A stretch of 37,892 nucleotides of DNA from Thelocarpon superellum (Eukaryota), in the NCBI GenBank assembly GCA_026025795.1, contig JAPEUG010000142.1, positions 1 through 37,892 of the forward strand, in the 5' to 3' direction. Under the pieces are notes generated by a model. The model was not told the DNA's origin, ran no database searches, and saw nothing but the letters and a program-made list of their open reading frames with translations. Of this stretch, positions 10,836 through 22,517 are shown piece after piece. Numbering within the stretch: the first letter of the stretch is position 1; every line of letters begins with the position of its first letter. A program made the translations under genes and the position numbers.

Positions 10836-12001
10836 AATCACAGCTCTGGCGCGGAGGACGGAAGGAGGGAGGAGGTGGGGGGGTCAGGAGGCAGGCCGGG
10901 AGGCAGGCAGACGGGCACGGAGGCTGAAAGGGTGGTGGAGGCGGGGATCTCGAATGATGGGCGAACGAGCGTATTGGGAACGCTCTGTAAGGGAAATCGT
11001 GAAGGGATTGGGGAGCACAAGTGTGGGACAACAAGCCGCCGAGATGACTCGTGGGAGGGCGCCGTTCACTCGACGACGCCGCCGGCAACCCAGGAGAGCG
11101 TTGGCAGACCATGATGAGGTGAATCATACAACGCCGAGATGAAGATCCAGAGGGCAGCCCGGACGCTCACTGTCTGCTTCCGTGCAGTTCTGCGCAGGGC
11201 AAGACGGACATGGGACCGCGCTAGACGGGTTGATGCGCGCCGTCGGGCGATGTTGTTGTGAAGATGTGATCACTAGCAACACCACCCGGATCAGTATCGG
11301 CTGAGCACGTTGCGGGAGTAGCGGTCGCCAGCACCCACCGATGTTTGGTATGCCGCCCCGGGCTGCTACGTGGGGTGGCATCGTCGCCTGATCTGTCCGA
11401 AAGAAGGCTCAGGCAGGCCCCGCGAACCGTATCTCCTTTCAAGAGCTAAGAGATCGATCGCAGGGGCAAGGCAGAGGGAAGGCGTCACAGCGATACGGGA
11501 GCGCCAGGCAGGTGTTGTGCACTGCTTCCATTGGATGTGCACTACCAGAATAGAAAGGTGGCGTGAATGAACGAAAGACAACGCCACGTGCATGGAAGAC
11601 ATGATACTCCAGTCGATGCATTGACCACAGCCACAGACGCTCCAGCACAGACACAGAGACACAGAGACAGAGACACCCACGGTTGCCTTGCTTTTCCCAT
11701 GACCAATCTCATCCGTCCCACCTGCGGTTGCATGCAGTCTAACGTGATCGGCATCAAGACACTTCTACCCATGGGGTGTGTCGCCAGCACAAAAGAACAA
11801 CGGAGCATATAAAGATACGAGAAGGCGCTGAATGCAGTTCCCAAACGCGAGACCAGAAAAGGTGGTGTTCAAGCGCCCAGAAAGGCCACCGAAAGGCCTC
11901 ATGGGCGGGGGGCGGCGAAGAAAAGACCGGTGAGGGCGAAGTAACGATACTACCACCATCGAGAGCGGGGGGCAGAGTCCATGAACGGGGGTCAGTGTCC
12001 A

Positions 12002-15000
12002 TCAGATAAAGGTCATCATGGACATGTGCCCATTGAGCTCATTCTCTTTGCCCTTGATCGCATCCGGACCCACGCCATGCCCGTTTTTGGCCCGGGCGTG
12101 GCGCGCTTTGCCCAGCGACGGCGAGCTGGCGGCCGATTCGGCCAGCACCTGGCCCAGCGAGGGCGTGGGCGACAGCTTGGGGCTCTGGCTCGGAGTCGAC
12201 GAGACGCTATCGGCCGTGCGCACAATCTCCGTAAGTCGCCGCGTCAGAATGGTCACGTGGGCGACGAGGTCCCGCAACGTCGTCGTGTCGAAGAACACCT
12301 TGCTCTGCTGGTTGGAGTCGATGGCGCCCAGTACGGGATCGGACGTGGTCCGGCGCTGATGCATCGTCTTGACCACCGACTTGGCCACGGCCGCGGAGTC
12401 ATCGCGGTCCGTCTTGTGTGCCGCCCGCCCGGAAGCCGCCGGACTCGACTGCGGTGGTGGGTCCGGCCGATCGCGCGGGCGGTGAGGCGTGGGAGGGGTA
12501 ACGCCGGCTCCTCCAAAGATGTCGTCGTCCAAGGAAAGGACGGACTTGCGACGGCCGCGTGCGTCGAGCTGTAACGGGGCGGGCTCGCCGTCAAAAGGGT
12601 CAAAGCCGAAGCCGGACGAGGCGGGACTCCGTGGTGGGGGCAGGTCGAGGCTATCGTCGTCAAGCGTGGCCAGGTCGATGATCCCCTCCGCCTCTTTCCA
12701 CAGCTCGGCCGACGGGCCGTGAACGATCTTCTTGGCCACGGCCAGCGTCCGGAGCCGCTTCAGGTCCTCCACCAGCAGGGCAAAATCCCGCACGTGGCCC
12801 AGATGCCCAATGACATTGGCCTGTCGCGCCCGGATGGCTTCGGGCACGATCATGGTCCCCTCACGAGCTGCGCCCTCGTCGGTGCCACGGGCTTGGCTCC
12901 CGTCCGGGAAGTCATCGGTGCCCTCAAAGTCAAAATCCTCGTTCCAGTCTTCACTGACGACCTTGCTCCCAAGACCCCAGGTGCCGTAGCGGGCCGCGCC
13001 AGCCCCTCGCTCATGCTGCGTATCCGGATCTGGGACAACGGGCACACTCTGGCTGCGCGCGTGGACAGCGTTGAGACGCGGACGGACGTTCGGACGGCTT
13101 CCGCGGGGCGGATTGGCGGATTTTGCCTGAACGATCTTGGGCCGCGCACCACCGTCCCTGGCCGCGAGGTGATCGGTGCGCCGACTAGGCGAACGGCTGG
13201 GGGTCCGTTGCGACTGGATTTTGGGGGTGGAGAGAGTGTGGTTCGGGCCCATGAGCTCGTCCATCTGATCCCAGTCCTCTTCGTCGTCATCCCCATCGAG
13301 AGACCAGCGCGGATGGTGACTCTCCGTTCCTAGGAGGTCGTAATCGAGCGTGTCCGTATTTAACGGGCGCGACGACGTCGGCTGGTCCTTCGGGGCGGGA
13401 TCCTCGGAGCCCCGTCGAGAAGGCATCGGGTCCTCGCTGGGCCCGTGGTGGCCCTCCCGCCGTGGAGTAGACGTACTCTCGCTCTCCTCGGGAATGTCAT
13501 GACTGGGCTCGGCGAAGACGTCCCTCACGTGAGCTGTGGGAGCCATGACCTGTGCCACGCGCGATCGGGCCTTGGCGAGCTTGTGGGGCGGCGATTCATC
13601 GAAGATATGCTCGATGCCTGGGCCGCGCGCCCCCGTCGAGCTTCCTGTAGCCCCAGTACGGAGCGAGTCGAAGACGGTCTCGCTTTGGAAGTCCAAGTCG
13701 TCCTCGCTGAGTAGGGCCGAGGCGCGGAGCTCATTATCCGAGTCGACCAGCGTCGAGGCACGTTCGGATGGGGCCGCGGCTGAGAACCGGTGCAGGCGCG
13801 CGGCCGGTAACGAAGGCGGGGACGATGGCGGCCCAGGGAGTGCCGTCCCAGCGGAGGACACGGTGGACCGTCGGACTGGGGTCAGGTGCGGCGCCGTAGC
13901 GGCCACGGACGATACCCGCGGTCGCGGATCGCTCTCAGGCGCACGCGGCACGCTTGGCGGCGGCGGGGAGGACCACTGGATCGGCGGATGTGACGGCCGG
14001 TGGCTCGGGCTCTCCTGGGCAAAGATTCCCGGGTCGGTGATGTCCGTGCGCGGACTTCCGCGCATCCCCGCCATCGAGCCCATCGACCGGTCGGGGAGTG
14101 AGGTAGGAGGGGCGGATGAGTACCGCTTTCCGGTGGTGAGACTGATGCGGCTCTGTCTCTTCGACAAGGACCGGCGGGGCCGAACGAGCCACGTGGGGTG
14201 ACCCGACAGCAGGTCGCTAATGGAGAAGGATCGCTGGGGGCTCGGGGTCACCTCGCTGAAGGCTTGTTGGCCTGGGACTTCTTCGGACTGGGATGAGGCA
14301 AAGAAGGTGTCGAGGCCTGGGGGGGTCGATGGGGGGCTGCTGTCTAAGAAAAAGCTCTCACCCGCCCGAGCGACGGTGGCTGAAACGACTGATCCAGCGT
14401 CGTCGTCGTCAGAAGCCGGGGCGATGGCCGTGGGCATCAGCAGGGTCGGAGGGCAGTGTGGATCAGGCTGGATGCGCTTGATAGACGCATGGGTCGGACG
14501 GACGTTGGCCCCTCCAGGTCGCTTGGATCGGGATTCCTTGGATCGAGGAGCTTCTTTGGTGAACTTAGACCGACGAGCCACAAAGTAGCGGCGCCAGTTC
14601 CTCGCCGAATGCTTCGGCGGGAAGGGACGGGACTCGGCCGTGTCAGGGGGGGAAGAGGAATAGCTGGACGAGGACCCGAGCCGAGCCCGGGCGTGGTCCA
14701 GTTCGTCCAAGTGGGACTGTCGTTGCTGGATAGTGGCGGAACGTTGATGACTGGTGGCGGGACGGCGTAGGATCGGGCCCTTGGCCGCGGGAGGGGCAGA
14801 GGTGATTCGGAGGGAGGTGTGATGGGATGAGCTTCGTTTGACAAGCTTATTGGGCGCCAACGGGTGTGAGGGGTCGGCAGCGGGGCCGCCACGCAGCATG
14901 GCCGCGCCGGAGTCGTTGGAGAAGGCGACGGAGGTTGCATCGAGCCCGGGACTCGAGGTCGGACTCGGGGTCTTCGAGGCCGAGGCCCTCGACAAGCGGT

Positions 15001-15370
15001 GGATCCAGGCCCGACGGAGCTTGGAGTCGGATCCGGGTAGATCGTGGTCTGCACCCGCCCCCTGCTCGAGTCTCAGATCGGACAGGCGCTTCAAACCGTC
15101 CCAGCCGACACTCGACTTGCGTCTTATTTGGCCCAATGGGTTCGGTTCGGCGTGGGCGAGGCTATCTCGGCGGGGACGGAGGGATTCGTAGGACGGGGGC
15201 GAGCTGGACGAAACGGGTCCCGCCGGGCTCGAGTGTGATGTGAAATCATCCTGCCGGTCCGCGGGCTTGGGCAGCGTGGGCTGCTTCTTGTGAACGGGAG
15301 CGGACGTTGAGACGGAGCGGGGTGGACGACCCAGAGCGAAGCCCACGGCGGCCACGGCCAGGGTGCCCAT
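12002..15370 (-). CDS. Uncharacterised S/P/R-rich, largely disordered protein, 1122 aa, with a predicted helical block near the C-terminus; a short upstream exon is possible
   Basis: Uninterrupted 3.37-kb ORF with a coding-like acidic/helical segment (GTWGLGSKVVSEDWNEDFDF...VPEAIRARQANVIGHLGHVRDFALLVEDLKRLR...LWKEAEGIIDLA). A branch point and acceptor (GCTAAC...TAG ending at 15380) lie 9 nt upstream of the ATG. Confidence 0.85.
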   Translation of the reverse strand: MGTLAVAAVGFALGRPPRSVSTSAPVHKKQPTLPKPADRQDDFTSHSSPAGPVSSSSPPSYESLRPRRDSLAHAEPNPLGQIRRKSSVGWDGLKRLSDLRLEQGAGADHDLPGSDSKLRRAWIHRLSRASASKTPSPTSSPGLDATSVAFSNDSGAAMLRGGPAADPSHPLAPNKLVKRSSSHHTSLRITSAPPAAKGPILRRPATSHQRSATIQQRQSHLDELDHARARLGSSSSYSSSPPDTAESRPFPPKHSARNWRRYFVARRSKFTKEAPRSKESRSKRPGGANVRPTHASIKRIQPDPHCPPTLLMPTAIAPASDDDDAGSVVSATVARAGESFFLDSSPPSTPPGLDTFFASSQSEEVPGQQAFSEVTPSPQRSFSISDLLSGHPTWLVRPRRSLSKRQSRISLTTGKRYSSAPPTSLPDRSMGSMAGMRGSPRTDITDPGIFAQESPSHRPSHPPIQWSSPPPPSVPRAPESDPRPRVSSVAATAPHLTPVRRSTVSSAGTALPGPPSSPPSLPAARLHRFSAAAPSERASTLVDSDNELRASALLSEDDLDFQSETVFDSLRTGATGSSTGARGPGIEHIFDESPPHKLAKARSRVAQVMAPTAHVRDVFAEPSHDIPEESESTSTPRREGHHGPSEDPMPSRRGSEDPAPKDQPTSSRPLNTDTLDYDLLGTESHHPRWSLDGDDDEEDWDQMDELMGPNHTLSTPKIQSQRTPSRSPSRRTDHLAARDGGARPKIVQAKSANPPRGSRPNVRPRLNAVHARSQSVPVVPDPDTQHERGAGAARYGTWGLGSKVVSEDWNEDFDFEGTDDFPDGSQARGTDEGAAREGTMIVPEAIRARQANVIGHLGHVRDFALLVEDLKRLRTLAVAKKIVHGPSAELWKEAEGIIDLATLDDDSLDLPPPRSPASSGFGFDPFDGEPAPLQLDARGRRKSVLSLDDDIFGGAGVTPPTPHRPRDRPDPPPQSSPAASGRAAHKTDRDDSAAVAKSVVKTMHQRRTTSDPVLGAIDSNQQSKVFFDTTTLRDLVAHVTILTRRLTEIVRTADSVSSTPSQSPKLSPTPSLGQVLAESAASSPSLGKARHARAKNGHGVGPDAIKGKENELNGHMSMMTFI

Positions 15371-16194
15371 TGCACACAGCTACACGGAAGCTTCTTGTTA
15401 GCACTAAGGCTTGTCTCATGGCAAGCACGGCGATGTGGAGGAGGACGGGACTGGAGAGGGACAGGGGGTCACGGGGGCTGAAGAGCGAGATTGGGTCAGT
15501 GGGGGACCGACCGTGGGAATGGTCTTCATTCTCTGTAGAGCGCGGTCGGCGCCGCTCCACTGGCCGTTGGCGGAGGAAGTTGAGATGAGGGTGGGAGGGA
15601 GACAACCGTGACGGAGGTATCGTGCAGCGTCATGAGCATCGTGAAAGCGAGTCGTGCAGCGAACGACGAGGTTGTAACAGTCCGAAGAGAAGTGAAGATG
15701 CCCACGTTGGTGAAGTTGTGGGTCACCAGCGATTGGGCACGGCGCTGAGCATCAACATGGAAGCCAGCCCGCAGGGAAGGAAGGAACGATCTGGAAATCT
15801 GAGGGCGCAATCACAAATCACGCGTGCGTGCCCACGACCCTGTCACTCGTCGTAGTGGGAGTGCCTGCCCTGGACCGGCCTGTCTGTCACTCTCGCACCC
15901 GTCGCGTGTCGCCCGTCGCCCGTTGTCGAATGATGGATCCGGGGCGACAATGGGGGGTGATGAAGCCGGGGAGGAGTGGCCGATGTCCTGCGTGGCTCGA
16001 CCCGGCCGAGGCTGGTGGACGTGCTGGGCCAGCGCGCGTCGGTGGTGGTGAGTTGACTCTGAACCGGGCAGTGGTCGGCTTTAGCGCAACCATTCAGCGT
16101 GCTGGACTCGCTATTTTGGGGGCAGGTGCGATCGTCCTAATCCACGGACCGCGAGCGTGTGATGTCGGATGCTCCACGACCACAGGGCCAAAAA

Positions 16195-16226
16195 AGCAGA
16201 GAGCAGAGAGCAGAGAGCAGAGAGCA
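16195..16226. repeat. (AGCAGAG)4.5 heptamer tandem repeat
   Basis: agcagag agcagag agcagag agcagag agca. Confidence 0.9.
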
Positions 16227-19200
16227 CGACAAGGGGTCTGGGCGTGATGAAGTCGGTCGTGTGAGTGCCCGGTGGGACTAAGACGAGCTCGACCACCTGC
16301 CTGCGTGGATGCACGACCTGGACCTTGGGCCCTTGGCCATGCCTACGGTGCTACGGTTACTGTTGGAGCCACCGGGCCATTGCAAGTAATTTGCCGTCCA
16401 CGTCGGAAAGTTAGGTACCTTGGTAAAGGCGGCGTGTGCAGGCAAGTTCTTCGTCCAAGGTCGGTGGGTAGCTTCCTTAGGCATAGGGCAGTTGAGCCCT
16501 GGGGCCGGGGGGACGCGGTGGCGTGGACAGCACCGTGTGCGTCTGTAGCGACGTGCCTTGCCGCTCCACCCATATCCGAGCATCCAGGCGTCCAGGCATT
16601 TACGACGTAAGCACCCAAGCATCCCCGCCGCGAGCCAACCATCGGCGGGGCCGCCGAGCGGACCCAAGGATACTCGTCTCATCTAGCTCTAGCAGGAAGG
16701 AGCGGCGTTGATGAGGCCCAACGGCCTGTGACACTGCCGGACGCACCATCAGCACCGCGACGACCTGTTCGGGCATTTTCCAGAAGTACTGGGGACTGCA
16801 ATGGCTGTTGCGACTGCTGAACCGCTGCCACCGCCGCTGCCACTGCTGTCACTGCTCGTCCATCAAGCACCGACCATCTGTAGTTCTGAGCATACTCGTA
16901 TAGGCATCCCGTACGAGGACGTGCGTAAGGCCTGCTCGGGCCCGCATGGTGCAGCATCAATTCCTTCACTCTCGCTCCTTCCATCGTCATCTCCACCGCT
17001 GGCGCGCGCGCCACTACGCCGTCGAGCTGATCTGGTCTGACGGGGGGCGGTCGTGCGTGCTCGCCAGGGCCAGTGCATCGGCGGGAGAAGGCGGCCGCTC
17101 GTACCGAAGACCGTGGTGCTGGCCCCATTCAGCGCCGCCCGTTGAGATCTGCCCTGCATCATGGGCCATAACTTCAGGGTCTCGTCCACTATTGCCTGCG
17201 CCGTCGTTGGGCATGCGACCCCTTCGCCCGTGTCGTCGTACCTGCCCACGCTGCTACGGTGGAGTGGGCGTGACGTCGAGGTCGGGAACAATGCGATGGC
17301 CCCTTGGTCCGTTCCCATGGTGGTCACTGTACGAGCGCTATCCACTTGCCTTGGCGGGCCTCCGTGTTGTCGGAAGGTACAGGTCTTCTACGAGGATGCG
17401 TCTCATCTACGAGTACGCCATTCTTGCGCCTCCCTGCTGTTCAGTCGGGACCGGACCGGTCTCCCCTCGGCGTCGGGAGGGCTCTCTGGGCGCGGTCTGG
17501 AGGTGAGCACCGCAGATGCCGTGCGACGGTCTGGCGTGTCGGCTTCCGTGGAATGTTAGTTGTTCACCCAGCACTTGGCAAGCCTTTCCGCCGGTGTCCG
17601 TGTCGAGACAAACTCTCGATTGCCAGCCGGTATGGATTGCAATGCGCCATAGGCAGTGTTGGCCGGCGACGACGGGTCATTGGACGGGCGCGTGGCCGAC
17701 CGCCCGATCAGAGATCACCTCATTGATTCAGCTCCCCACAGGCCCTCCCTGCGTCATGGCCGTCACGTAATCCGCTCCCCGGCGTCGAGTCTTGGCCCTA
17801 TTGAGTTCAAGGCATGAGGCAGATCGTGGCTTGGGACAAAGGAGACCCGCAGCGTGCGTGGTGCTACTCCGCTAGATGCTGGAGCGACGACGCCATGGAG
17901 GCAGTAGCTCCAGCAACGGCCTAGCCGTAGGGCATGGTGAAGGTTTGCATGCTCGCAATCCCGAGCTGCTTACAACGCGGAGACGGTGCGACGGCTGCTT
18001 GGCTCTGGCGCCATGCTGACTCAAAACGAGTGGCTGCGGGGGGAGCGTCGCCTCGGCGTCAGACTGGTCGTCGAAGGGGAATAGGGAGAGGGAACGCTGA
18101 AAGAGGTGCACCCACGGCGACGGCGCACCGGTTGCTTGGCAGGCCCACGGGTGCCCGAAGTGGATCCCCCCTGGGCCCTCTTCTTCCATTCCTCTGGCTC
18201 ACGACGCTCGCGCCTCTCGAGAGCGGCGTGAGGGTCGGATCATTCTTGGGGCCAAAAACGCCGTTAGGCGGGGTGGCAAGGACTGGCGGGCAAGGATCCC
18301 TTTCCTCCCAAAGCGAGGCGGAGCCTATCGGATGCCGTACACGGCATTCTCTCGGCTAAGCCGAGGACGGCCTACCGCTACCCGCGCCTGTCAGCCCTTC
18401 GGATTGGAGCTGGGGTGGGTCGAAGGGAGGGTGAAAAGGCCTTTCGCCGCCTATTATTCCTCGTCACCATAACTTCGTTTACCACCTGCTCCAGACCCCG
18501 ACTACGGCTTGTCCGTGCCACTAACTACCAGTCCTCGTCCTTGTACGATCCAGAGAAGTCGTGCTCCCGCCCGTTGATCGCTGCGGCTGACGCGTGATCC
18601 GAACAGACTTGCCGCAAACCTCCAGCCGGGCTTGTGCCTGTTGGATGTTGGCGGCGGCCCGTACCTACCCTCCCGTTCCGCTGACGTCCAGACACGACAA
18701 CGGAGTAGGAGTCGTACAAGTATGGACCTCTCCTCCTCGGGTTAGGGGGCGAAGACAGTAGGGTCAGGCACCATCGCTGCGCCCCACGGCGACAGCACAC
18801 GCTCGCAGGTCGGAGCCCCAGACCTCACGACTATGTCGTGGTCTTTGCCTCCGCGGACAGCGTCTGCGAAGATCGTACATGCTGCATGGTGCAGTGACAG
18901 AGTCCTTGTCCGTGTGATGCACCTCGGTGTCTCTGGCGGCGTCACCTACCCTGAGCCCTACCACCGCCCTGGCGGGTAGGTCGTGCATCCGTAGCAGCTT
19001 GGGAGGGACGCACACCGGGTTTGCTGGCTCGGAGCCAACCCATCGGACGGGTATTGCCATGCCTGGCACGCAGGGGATCTCGTGGTCCGTGTCGCGATTG
19101 GGCCTAGCGGACGGTCGAGCTACCGGGGCGGCAACGGACGATCACAGATCTGATTAGTGCCCTAACGCGAGACTGGCGCGATGCCTCTAGAAGCGACTTA

Positions 19201-19700
19201 GCGCGTCTCCGGTCCCGCCCGTCTGATTGGCTCCATTGACGACAATTTTCTAGAATGCCACGCCTTGTGAAATGGGCTCGAATTGCTCAAATTACTTTTT
19301 TGCGAGTCCAGCTCGCCAACGACCAGCACCGCTCGTTCCAGGGTCGGTCCCCTGGGCGCCACCGGCCTCCAAGTCGCATGCGTATTCCGGATAAGATCAT
19401 AATCCCTACGAATACCGAGCGCTTTGCCATCCTCCCCCACTCATTTCCCCCTCCCCCCTACCCCCAACGCGTGGTCGGACGGGCCCAGAAGAACTCCGTC
19501 TGACGCCCCTAGTGGGCGTCGTCCCAAAGCGTCCTCTCAGAGTCCCATCGCCCTTCCCACAGCCCAGTCGTCGGCCGCGCCCAGGGCCGATGGCGAGCCG
19601 TTCCTGACGCTCACACACACCCACCCACCCGCGACACCCGTCGCGCTCCCCTGCTCGTCCAATTCCGCTTGGGCGTCCGCGTCGGCTACCCTGTGCCACG

Positions 19701-22460
19701 ATGGAGGCCGAGATCAAACGTCACATTCCCAACATCGACCCGATCGTCTCCGATTACTCGGTCGGCTACCTGACGCACGCCTCCCATGCGTCGGTGGCCG
19801 AGCCCGGTGCGTCATCGCCCTCACCGCTTCAGGAGGCGGTCACGAGCATCACAGCGCTGCTGGTGTCTGCCTCTGGCGACCTCTCACACCAAAACGAGCT
19901 CGTCCTCCATGAGCTCGTGGAGAAGCTCGTGGCCCAGCTCGGTGCGGCCAGTGACATCGATGGGGCCGCTCGTCACCCCCCGGTCGCCGCTCGCAAGCTG
20001 GACCAGACCATCCAGGTCGGGTCGCAGCGCAATGTCTCGTCCACGCTCGCCCTGGCCGGCGGCGGCGTCGACCTCGAGTCGGCCAATGCCCGCAAGGTCG
20101 AATCGCGCGTAGACCGGAAGAAGCTGGAGAAGGCCGAACGCAAGATCCGGGCCAAACAGGACAAGAAGGTGATGAAAAACGTGGAATATGAGGCCTCCAA
20201 ATTGCTCAACCAGCCCGACGATGCCCAGTCCTACGAGGAGTTCTTCATGGCCGTCAATCCCTTGCAATTGGGCTCGCTGTCTCAGGGGGCGGCCAAGAGC
20301 AAGGACATCAAGCTCGACGGCGTTGATGTTTCCATCGGCGGGCTCCGCATCCTCAGCGACACCACCCTGTCGCTGGCATATGGCCGCCGATATGGGCTGG
20401 TCGGCCAGAATGGTATCGGCAAGAGTACGCTGCTCCGGGCGCTGAGCCGGCGTGAGTTGGCCATTCCGACCCATATCACCATCCTGCATGTGGAGCAAGA
20501 GGTATGGGATCTTGTTGCCGAGGAGCTTGAGCTTCCGCGTCAGGGGTCAAGGGCTAATCCATGTCCTAGATCACGGGGGATGACACGCCTGCCCTGCAAG
20601 CGGTTCTCGACGCGGATGTGTGGCGAAAGCATTTGCTCGCCGAGCAGGAAGTACGAACTCGGCCCTGCGTCGTCCTGCGTCTTCAGGGGCTAACGTGACC
20701 GGGCAGAAAATCACCCAGGAGCTGGCCGTGCTGGAGGCCGAGCGGACGCCGTTGGCCGACACATCAGTGGACGGGATGAAGCTCGACAAACGGAGAGAGG
20801 AGCTCGATACGACGTTGAGCGATATCCATGCCAAACTCTCCGAGATGGAGTCCGACAAGGCGGAACCTCGCGCCGCCAGCATCCTGGCTGGATTGGGCTT
20901 CTCGACCGAACGACAGCAATTCGCCACCAAGACCTTTTCGGGCGGATGGCGGATGAGGCTGGCGCTTGCGAGGGCCCTGTTCTGTGAGCCGGATCTGCTG
21001 CTGTTGGACGGTAGGCCGTTCAAGTCTCTCGGGGTGTCTTCCCAGCTGACGCCTGAGCAGAACCATCGAATATGTTGGACGTGCCATCTATCACCTTCCT
21101 GTCGAATTATCTTCAGACGTATCCGAGCACGGTCTTGGTCGTGTCTCACGACCGCGCGTTCTTGAACGAGGTGGCGACCGACATCATCCATCAGCATTCG
21201 GAGCGACTGGATTACTACAAGGGCGCCAACTTTGGTAGATTCTCCCTAGGCAAGGTTGTGATACGGACTCTCATCGTGTTTCAGATACTTTTTATGCCAC
21301 GAAAGAGGAACGAAGGAAGACGGCGAAGCGCGAGTATGAGAATCAAATGGTGCAGCGAGCACATCTCCAGGGTACGTGGTATAACTCGGATCGATTGCTC
21401 GTAACCCTGACAGAAGGACAGCATTCATCGACAAATTTCGCTATAATGCGGCCAAGTCGTCGGAAGCACAGTCTCGAATCAAGAAGCTAGAGAAGATGCC
21501 GGTGTTGGAGGCGCCCGAAAGTGAATATACGGTGCATTTCAAGTTTCCCGACGTGGAGAAGCTCTCACCTCCGATCATCCAGATGAGCGGTTTGTTCACG
21601 TTCCTCCATAGAAAGAATGGGAAAAGGATCCTAATCGACCATAGGGGTGTCGTTCGGATATACTCCCGACAAGCCACTATTGAAGAATGTTGATCTCGAC
21701 GTACAGGTACTTGTGTCCACTAGATACACTGGTGGCCCTCGCTCATGGACATCACAGCTGGACTCGCGCATCGGTATCGTCGGACCCAATGGCGCAGGAA
21801 AAACCACGGTGTTGAAGCTGTTGATCGGACAGCTACAAGCAACGACAGGCCTGTAGGGCTCCAGGCCCCCATCTGCGCTGCAGAAAGCTGACCGCGGACC
21901 GCAGCATCTCGCAAAACCCACGCCTTCGCATTGGATTTTTCGCACAGCACCACGTAGACGGGCTGAACATGAACATGAGCGCCGTCGGATTCATGGCGAA
22001 GAACTATCCCGGACGAGCAGACGAAGAGTACCGGAGACATTTGGGCGCGTAGGGCATCCCGTCCCCTCTCCAAGCAGCCCGGGCTGACTGCATCCTTCCG
22101 CCCCACAGATTCGGTATAACAGGCATGACCGGGCTCCAGAAGATGGAATTCCTATCCGGAGGACAAAAGTCTCGCGTGGCATTCGCATGCCTATCGCTAA
22201 CGAACCCTCACATCCTGGTCCTCGACGAGCCGTCGAACCACCTGGACATCGAAGCCATGGACGCGCTGTCGCTCGCGCTGCGCACCTTCCAGGGCGGCGT
22301 GCTGATGGTCTCGCACGACGTCACCATGCTGCAGACTGCGTGTACCAGTCTCTGGGTCTGCGACCACGGCTCCGTCGAGAAGTTCCCGGGTGACGTCGCG
22401 GCATATAAGAAGCGCATCATTGCTCAGGCCAACGAGGCCGGCGTCGTCCAGAAGCATTAG
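19701..22460 (+). CDS. GCN20: ABCF-family ATPase Gcn20/ABCF3 (Gcn1 partner), about 755 aa. Exons 19701-20501, 20570-20650, 20707-21010, 21061-21234, 21285-21371, 21422-21589, 21645-21706, 21758-21852, 21905-22048, 22109-22460
   Basis: Two ABC cassettes and no transmembrane segments: Walker [10 protein letters not shown] and GPNGAGKTT, signatures [16 protein letters not shown] and [12 protein letters not shown], Walker B LLLDEPSNML and [11 protein letters not shown]. Gcn20-type N-terminus ([22 protein letters not shown]). Nine GT-AG introns, 2268 nt in frame. Confidence 0.95.
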
Positions 22461-22517
22461 GAGGAGGAGGCGGAGGAGGAGGCGGAGGAGGAGGAGGAGG
22501 AGGAGGAGGAGGAGGAG
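22461..22517 (+). repeat. (GAG)n microsatellite, 19 triplets with two GCG interruptions, directly after the GCN20 stop
   Basis: Read directly from the sequence. Confidence 0.95.

Noticed and set aside
18415..18530. Intron-like signals on the plus strand (GTGGGT...CTAAC-TAC-CAG)
   Set aside because: No flanking reading frame makes a plausible protein, and such short signals arise by chance without RNA evidence.
21636..21652. CGACCATAGGGGTGT resembles the 5' end of fungal 5S rRNA
   Set aside because: The similarity stops after about 14 nt and spans a GCN20 intron/exon junction; there is no internal box C or rest of the 5S sequence.
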